Assembly: GCA_963753435.1 (NCBI GenBank)
Contig: CAVWCF010000006.1
Location: 1-13,393 of the forward strand
DNA length: 13,393 bases
Origin: an uncultured Actinomycetota bacterium
GTDB lineage: Bacteria > Actinomycetota > Actinomycetes > CAVWCF01
Direction of reading: 5' to 3'
The notes beneath the pieces were generated by a model. That model was not told where the DNA came from. It made no database searches and was given only the letters and a program-made list of their open reading frames with translations. Made by a program: the position numbers and the translations under genes. Of the stretch, positions 8,278 through 13,393 are shown piece after piece. Numbering within the stretch: the stretch's first letter is position 1; each line of letters begins with the position of its first letter.

Positions 8278-9056
8278 GGACCCGCCGGCTCCCATCCGGC
8301 CGCCAGGGAGGGCGCCCGGGTAGCGGGCGTGGTGGCAGCGCGAGTCGCTGCGGGTACGTCCCGGAACGAGCGCCAGCCATCGCGCATGGTGTGGAAGCCC
8401 GAGCCGGGTTGATGCGTCCAGCGCACTGGTACCTGCCGGACCTGCAGTGACTGACTCCTGGCCCGGGCCAGGACTTCCACGTCGAACGCCCAGCCCTCGG
8501 TGCTCAGTGGCGCAAAGAGACTTCGGGCCGCTGCGGCCGTGAAGAACTTGAACCCGCACTGGGTGTCGTAGCGCTCCCCCAGATGGTGGGCGACCCAGGC
8601 GCGGAACGCGAAGCCACCCCAGCGGCGCAGCGAGTTCTGGCCCACCACGAAAGATCCGCCATGGCTCCTGGCCCCGAGGACAACATCGGCACCGGATTCA
8701 AGGGCCGCAACCACATCGGGAATGGCGCTGGGGTCGGTGGCCCCGTCGGCATCCACGAATCCGACCCACTGGGTGTCGGACGCCAGAATGCCGGCCCGAA
8801 CAGTTCCACCCTTGCCCGGGATGGGGTGCGCCATGGTCCGCACCGGCAGCTCGGCGCTGTCGTGCGCTGCTGCGGCGGCACGAGTGCCATCAGTGCTGGC
8901 ATTGTCGACCACCAGGATCTGCGTGGGTAGTGAATCCGGGAGCTGCTTCAGGTGGCTTGCCAGATTCTCGAGAGGCTCAGCGATCCGCGTTACCTCGTTG
9001 CGGGCGGGAATCACGACCGTAAGGCCGGCGCGAAACGCGCCGTGCTGGGCGGTCAC
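8274..9056 (-). CDS. GT2 polyprenol/dolichyl-phosphate glycosyltransferase (DPG-synthase/Alg5-like); about 260 aa
   Basis: VVIPARNE, VVDNASTDGT, GKGGTVRAG, DxD in FVDADGAT, GAR, DTQCGFKFF, WAFDVEVL, VPVRW. GTG at 9056 lies 5 nt after the upstream stop, with GGAGAG upstream. Confidence 0.9.
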   Translation of the reverse strand: MTAQHGAFRAGLTVVIPARNEVTRIAEPLENLASHLKQLPDSLPTQILVVDNASTDGTRAAAAAHDSAELPVRTMAHPIPGKGGTVRAGILASDTQWVGFVDADGATDPSAIPDVVAALESGADVVLGARSHGGSFVVGQNSLRRWGGFAFRAWVAHHLGERYDTQCGFKFFTAAAARSLFAPLSTEGWAFDVEVLARARSQSLQVRQVPVRWTHQPGSGFHTMRDGWRSFRDVPAATRAATTPATRAPSLAAGWEPAGP

Positions 9057-9061
9057 GTAGT

Positions 9062-9202
9062 TCAGCGCTCTCCGTAGTAGTCGATCAACGGTGTCTGAAC
9101 CGCGGGCGGGGTTTCGGTCAAGGCCTGGACGCCGAAAACCCCAACGCCGACCGCAAGCAGGGCACCGACGACCGCTGCAACTATCGCCCCGATGATTCCC
9201 AT
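9062..9202 (-). CDS. Small membrane/secreted protein, DUF2613-like (Rv0236A-type); 46 aa MGIIGAIVAAVVGALLAVGVGVFGVQALTETPPAVQTPLIDYYGER
   Basis: Perfect AAGGAGG 6 nt upstream of the ATG. One hydrophobic helix, Pro-rich linker and C-terminal YG-x-R, upstream of aftD as in mycobacteria. It is the tail of the 9062..9685 track ORF. Confidence 0.82.
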   Translation of the reverse strand: MGIIGAIVAAVVGALLAVGVGVFGVQALTETPPAVQTPLIDYYGER

Positions 9203-9208
9203 ATAGCG

Positions 9209-9215
9209 CCTCCTT
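9209..9215 (-). promoter_or_regulatory. Consensus Shine-Dalgarno AAGGAGG
   Basis: cctcctt on + strand, 6-nt spacer to ATG 9202. Confidence 0.85.
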
Positions 9216-9222
9216 CGCAGAG

Positions 9223-9231
9223 ACGGTATCA
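9223..9231 (-). promoter_or_regulatory. Putative extended -10 promoter TGA-TACCGT for the microprotein-GT2-GT4-aftD operon
   Basis: TGn-TANNNT that uses the upstream gene's TGA stop, ending 7 nt before the SD. Confidence 0.45.
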
Positions 9232-10941
9232 GCGAAATGGGCCGACGGCACGGTCTTGGGTGGTGGCCCGATGGGGTGACGCAACGGCCCAGAGCAGGGC
9301 ACCCGCCCACACGGCGAGGCCCAGCCAGGCGACCCAACGACCCACTACCGGGCCCGGGTACCACCCGACCGGGTCGACTCGGTACAGCCGAACCGTTCCG
9401 TTGGACACCACCTCCTCCGCCCCGCGCAACGATTCGTCGGAGACAAGCGCGAAGCCACTGGCGTCGAGCCAGATCCATCGGGCGCCTGCTGCGCGCGCCA
9501 CCTCCACCGGAGACTGACCGGATCGCAACGCTGCCGTGACCTCCGCGGCCACCACGCTCTCCCCAGCCACCCGCACGGACCCGACCTCGATTCCGTCGTT
9601 CCAGATGACCGGAACGGGTGCGATCTTCGTGAGGGGGTCGAGAACCGTCGTGTTGCTCCAGGTGGTGGTTCGGTAGCCGGCCCAAGGCAGGCTCAGGATC
9701 GGGCCGGGATCACTGCGGACCTCAGTCAATGCGGCATTCCAGTCCGAAGTCGGGGGTTCGACCGGTACAACTCGCCCGCTCAGACCCCAGGCCAAGGCGG
9801 GGGTCAGAGCAATTGGTGCGACCAGGCCCAGGACGGCGGCCACACGCCCGGCCAAGGCACCACGCCGAGCTACGGCCAGCACGATGCAACCCAGCCCCAG
9901 GGACAGCGGCAGCGCCCAGAGCCCGACCCACTTCTGCCCGTCCCTCAAGACGCCAAGCCCCGGGATGTCCAGCGACGCCAAGGAGTCGCGCACGGCTGGG
10001 AGGCTCGACAAGAAAGCGAGGAGGAGTCCCGCGCCTCCTACCCAGAGTGCGGAGCGGACCGGGACGCGATCAGGGTCATCGTCGCCCGCACTGCTGTATC
10101 GCACAGCGCCCCAGATCGCCACGACGACCAGGAGCAGAACCAAGAGCGCCCCGACCAATTGATCGCGGCCCGGCACGTCGGAGCGGGAACTCCAGAACCC
10201 CCCGAGGGTGACAAGGCTGCCCAGGGTGGTCAGGGGTCCGTCCGCCCTGGGAGCAAAGGCGGAAAAGCCGTTCGGATCGCTGTACGCATCACCCCGAGCG
10301 AGAGCCAAGAGCAGCCAGGGGGCGCTGGCTAACAGCCAGAGAGACAGCCACCTGACCCAGGCCCGGAAGTCGGCGCGGTCAACTGCGAGGACGACAACCA
10401 CCACAACTGCGAGAAGCAGTGCGGCGGAGACACCACCGAGGCACCCCAGCACCAGGGCAACTGCTCCGACCCGGGCATGACGGGGATCCCTGCTGATGGA
10501 GGCGACCACCCAGGGCACTGCCGCATAGCCGACCAACAGCGCCCACTGGCCGATGGCCAAGCGCTCGAAGACGAAGGGGTTCCACACATACAACAGACCC
10601 GCAACAGCGCCGCCGGGCCACCAAGTGTCACGAAGGCACCAGCGTGCGCCGAGCCCCGCAACCACCAGGATCCCCAGAAGCAACGCGCGGTAGGTGAGCT
10701 GGGGGAAAGGCAGAGCTGCCAGTCCCGCGACCAGCGCGTCGCTGGGGACATTGCGCGGCTGCGCCGCATCGACGCCAAGCGCGGCATCGGAAAACGGCAT
10801 GTCCGGCAACAACAACAGGTCGTAGACCGCGAACCAGCCCGGCTGAAGCCACGGTGCCCCGACCAGCAAGACCCCGGCAACGACGACTCCCAGTCCCCAC
10901 CGGGAATTCCTGGGGTTGACATGTCCCGCGGGTGGCGCCAC
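9229..10941 (-). CDS. Rv0226c-like polytopic membrane protein, probable GT-C-fold glycosyltransferase; about 570 aa (start uncertain, GTG 10941)
   Basis: PGWFAVYDL, ALGVDAAQPRNVPSDALVA, YVWNPFVFERLAIGQWALLVGYA, FAPRADGPLTTLGSLVTLGGFW, GVLRDGQKW, VLDPL. Many TM helices plus an extracytoplasmic domain and a final TM. Confidence 0.8.
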   Translation of the reverse strand: MAPPAGHVNPRNSRWGLGVVVAGVLLVGAPWLQPGWFAVYDLLLLPDMPFSDAALGVDAAQPRNVPSDALVAGLAALPFPQLTYRALLLGILVVAGLGARWCLRDTWWPGGAVAGLLYVWNPFVFERLAIGQWALLVGYAAVPWVVASISRDPRHARVGAVALVLGCLGGVSAALLLAVVVVVVLAVDRADFRAWVRWLSLWLLASAPWLLLALARGDAYSDPNGFSAFAPRADGPLTTLGSLVTLGGFWSSRSDVPGRDQLVGALLVLLLVVVAIWGAVRYSSAGDDDPDRVPVRSALWVGGAGLLLAFLSSLPAVRDSLASLDIPGLGVLRDGQKWVGLWALPLSLGLGCIVLAVARRGALAGRVAAVLGLVAPIALTPALAWGLSGRVVPVEPPTSDWNAALTEVRSDPGPILSLPWAGYRTTTWSNTTVLDPLTKIAPVPVIWNDGIEVGSVRVAGESVVAAEVTAALRSGQSPVEVARAAGARWIWLDASGFALVSDESLRGAEEVVSNGTVRLYRVDPVGWYPGPVVGRWVAWLGLAVWAGALLWAVASPHRATTQDRAVGPFR

Positions 10942-10946
10942 CGGGT

Positions 10947-10956
10947 TACCGTGCCA
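10947..10956. promoter_or_regulatory. Overlapping divergent -10 elements: TACCGT (+, 10947-10952) and TGG-CACGGT (-, 10956-10948)
   Basis: Both lie in the 48-bp gap between divergent starts. The minus hexamer ends 6 nt before GTG 10941, which is leaderless spacing. Confidence 0.35.
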
Positions 10957-10989
10957 CGACTTGCGGCGTCGGCGGAGAGGCGAGGCCAA

Positions 10990-12201
10990 GTGGCGACACG
11001 GACCCGGCAATGGCGGCTGGCGCCATCAGCCTTCGTCGCCATCGCCAGTTGGTTGTCGGGAGCCCTGTTCTTCGCCCTACTGGCCCTGAGCGCATGGGCG
11101 CTGGGAAGACAGGAGTTCGGAGTCGCGGCGTCGCTCTTCGCCGTAGTAACGGTCTCGTTCGTCGCAGCGCTTGGCCTGCAGGCGACGGTGGCCCGCTCCG
11201 AGCGCACCAACCCGGTTCCAAGGTCCACCTCGATTCGCCTGACCGGCTGGGTGGCAATCGTTGCCGGGGTTGGGACTGCCTTGATGGCGCCATTCCTCGA
11301 CGTCCCGGTGTTGAGTTCGGCCCTTGTCGTGACGCTTGCCATCGCGCCACTGGTGCTCCTGGCGGATCCACTCGGTCGGGTACAAGGCAGGGAGGAGTTC
11401 AACCGGCTGGCGCGCTGGCTCATGCTCGGAGCGGCACTGCGAGTGCTCGGCGGGGTGCCCGGTTTGGTCCTCGGTTCGGGCCTCGGGGTCGTCCTGGGAA
11501 CCGGAGCCGGCACTGCCCTTGCGGCAGCACTGCTGTGGTCGTGGTCGGCGCCCGGGCCCGCGCCGGGAACCAGTGTCCCGGCACTTCGGGGAGCGCTGGC
11601 GGCGACCGCATCGTTGGGCGGGGTACTAGTCCTCGCGAACCTCGATGTGGTCCTCGGTCGAGGCCTTCTCAGCGCCGATGACGCCGGGCTGTACGCGGCA
11701 GGAGCCCTCATCGCGAAGATCGCCTTCTGGGCCCCGTCGTTCCTAGTCCTGCTCGGTCTCCCTGCGTTTGCGGACCCCTCGCGACGTCGAACCACGTTCT
11801 TCACCGTTCTGACGGCCACCGGCGCGTTGGCCGGAATGATCGCGCTCGCCGTGGCGATCGCCCCGAACCTGGTGCTGCCGTTCATCGGCGGCCAGTCATA
11901 CGAGCCGATCGCGGACCTGTTGCCGGTATTCGCATTGCTCGGTGGGCTCGTCGCGATGATTCAGGTGGTCGCGTACAGCCGCATCGGGCGCGGTGGGCGG
12001 CGTACCGGCCCGTTGTTGTTGGGGGCGGCCGCCCTGATCGGCGTTGTCAGCATCGCACTCGCTCCTGGGACACCGAGCGCACTGATCGCCACCTACATCG
12101 CAGCGATAGTCCCGACGGCGCTCTTGGCGGTCCTACTCGAACTTCGCGCCCTTCAGTTCCCGGCGCGCGCTTCTGGGGCTGGCCAGGGCCCCGCCGAGTA
12201 G
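10990..12201 (+). CDS. Polysaccharide biosynthesis protein / Wzx-like MOP-superfamily flippase; about 403 aa (alternative starts 10921, 10951)
   Basis: About 12 TM segments. EFGVAASL, ALGLQATVAR, GRVQGREEFNRLA, ANLDVVLGRGLLSADDAGLYAAGALIAKIAFWAP. GGAGAGG 9 nt upstream of GTG 10990. Confidence 0.78.
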   Translation: MATRTRQWRLAPSAFVAIASWLSGALFFALLALSAWALGRQEFGVAASLFAVVTVSFVAALGLQATVARSERTNPVPRSTSIRLTGWVAIVAGVGTALMAPFLDVPVLSSALVVTLAIAPLVLLADPLGRVQGREEFNRLARWLMLGAALRVLGGVPGLVLGSGLGVVLGTGAGTALAAALLWSWSAPGPAPGTSVPALRGALAATASLGGVLVLANLDVVLGRGLLSADDAGLYAAGALIAKIAFWAPSFLVLLGLPAFADPSRRRTTFFTVLTATGALAGMIALAVAIAPNLVLPFIGGQSYEPIADLLPVFALLGGLVAMIQVVAYSRIGRGGRRTGPLLLGAAALIGVVSIALAPGTPSALIATYIAAIVPTALLAVLLELRALQFPARASGAGQGPAE

Positions 12202-13393
12202 CCCGGCGACAAACCGGATTCAGTACCGATAGCCGCAGCCACAGTGTCGGGTCCGGGTATCACCCCGCTCTGTAGCCAGCCCTGCATCGACTCCACGAGG
12301 CCGGTGAACGTGGCGGCGGTGAAGTTGCAGTGACCCGCGCCGTAGGGCGCGCCCCCGACATCGCCGTTCGGTGGCGGGTATGTGGCCGGGGCCTCGGTGA
12401 AGAATGGCAGGACGTCCGCGGTCCGCTCCTGGTTGGCGAAAGCCCTTGCGGAGAACTGCGTCTCGTTCTGAGCCAGAACCAACGGGTCGGCGGCGGTATG
12501 GATGGTGATCGTCGGGTCCTGAACGGCCCCCGACGTGTCTCCGGCTTCGGAGATGGCCCCTCGAGCCGCCGGGTCGGCACTGATCCGATCCCCTGCTGCC
12601 AGGGCCTCGAGTGCCGCGTCTACTGCACCGGGAGCCAGCCCTTCGATCAGCGCTCTTTCGCCTTCGTCAACTCGGGCTCCGTAGTCCGCATTGCTGTTCT
12701 GCGACGGGTTGCCACCGAAACGTTCCTCGATCTCGGCGCGAACATAAGTGGTGAATCCCAGTGCGGTGATCAGGCTCTCGACCAAGGCCCCGATCTGGGA
12801 CTCGACCGTCGAGCCATCGAAAGTCCGCGTTCGCGTGGGGGCGTCCGTCAGTGCCCCGATGACCAGGAGGTTCGGTACCCCGGAAGAGAGGTCTTCAGTT
12901 GCGGCGAGCACCCGTTCCCGGGCGTACTCCCAGTTGGCGACCGCATCGTCCCAGGAGTCGTAGCCAGTCAGTTTGAGGTCAGGTGCGAGGAGCATCTTCA
13001 CCGCGTAGGCGACATCCAGTCCCAGATCGAGGTTGTCGTTCGGTCCGGCCAGGACACCGCAGGTGGGTACGGCGCCGGAGACCCAGTCGGGGTTCCGTTC
13101 GGCGAGGACCTGCGTGATCAGCCCACCGAGCGACGCACCCCAGACAATCGTTCGCTCGGGCTGGCCCACGTTCGCTACGAAGAACTCGTACAACTGCTCC
13201 CCGGCAGAGACACCGTCCGCCACCGCCCAGCCATTGCTTGCATAGGCGGAACCAGCCAGCGCATACCCGTCGGTGAGCAGCGCGGCTGCCACCTGACCAT
13301 CACCGCCACCGGGGGCCGGTTCGGCGTCCGTGTTGATCGGGTTGAAGTCCGGCGGAGCCGGCTGCGGTTGGCGGTATCCGTGTGACCAGATCA
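12153..13393 (-). CDS. Alpha/beta-hydrolase (serine esterase, tannase/feruloyl-esterase-like), 5'-partial
   Basis: The frame stays open to the window edge (IWSHGYRQPQPAPPDFNP... upstream of the track start). HG oxyanion motif, nucleophile elbow WGASLGG, HTAADPLV (Asp), GAGHCNF (His). Confidence 0.85.
   Translation of the reverse strand, partial: IWSHGYRQPQPAPPDFNPINTDAEPAPGGGDGQVAAALLTDGYALAGSAYASNGWAVADGVSAGEQLYEFFVANVGQPERTIVWGASLGGLITQVLAERNPDWVSGAVPTCGVLAGPNDNLDLGLDVAYAVKMLLAPDLKLTGYDSWDDAVANWEYARERVLAATEDLSSGVPNLLVIGALTDAPTRTRTFDGSTVESQIGALVESLITALGFTTYVRAEIEERFGGNPSQNSNADYGARVDEGERALIEGLAPGAVDAALEALAAGDRISADPAARGAISEAGDTSGAVQDPTITIHTAADPLVLAQNETQFSARAFANQERTADVLPFFTEAPATYPPPNGDVGGAPYGAGHCNFTAATFTGLVESMQGWLQSGVIPGPDTVAAAIGTESGLSPGYSAGPWPAPEARAGN

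Noticed and set aside
8280-8355. ATRA-repeating C-terminal tail of the GT2 (AATRAATTPATRAP)
   Set aside because: Low-complexity linker with no clean nucleotide-level repeat.
10916-10921. Perfect TTGACA -35 hexamer upstream of the flippase
   Set aside because: The spacer to TACCGT is 25 nt and there is no acceptable -10 at 16-19 nt. Probably coincidental.
10931-10942. 12-bp palindrome GGTGGCGCCACC over the GTG start
   Set aside because: Very GC-rich palindromes of this length are expected by chance in this DNA.
10329-11885. 518-aa minus-strand ORF
   Set aside because: Antisense shadow of the flippase plus an off-frame overlap with the Rv0226c-like gene. Arg/Pro/Ser-rich with no domain.
12330-13385. 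351-aa + strand ORF
   Set aside because: Antisense shadow of the hydrolase, which carries the recognisable catalytic triad.
1-13393. RNA genes, CRISPR arrays, IS/transposases, phage or defence genes, intrinsic terminators
   Set aside because: The window is almost completely filled by envelope CDSs. No spaced repeats, terminal inverted repeats, cloverleafs or hairpin-U tracts were seen by eye.

Overview
High-GC (roughly two-thirds G+C by eye), almost fully coding actinobacterial DNA. It carries a nine-gene cell-envelope glycan locus whose gene families match the mycobacterial/corynebacterial Rv0224c-Rv0228/aftD region, plus extra genes. From left to right: DUF3068 membrane protein (-), class I SAM methyltransferase (+), acyltransferase-3 (+), 1411-aa AftD-family GT-C (-), GT4 (-), polyprenol-phosphate glycosyltransferase GT2 (-), 46-aa DUF2613-like microprotein (-), Rv0226c-like polytopic protein resembling a CBM-less AftD paralogue (-), and a Wzx/MOP-type flippase (+). 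A 5'-truncated alpha/beta hydrolase (-) follows. The main inference is a self-contained lipid-linked glycan assembly and decoration system, in which the AftD-like enzyme is co-transcribed with its own lipid-sugar donor synthase and a flippase lies in the same locus. Several ORF-track starts were corrected using stop/start overlaps and RBS evidence. No RNA genes, mobile elements or CRISPR arrays were seen. All family assignments come from motif recognition, not from database searches.
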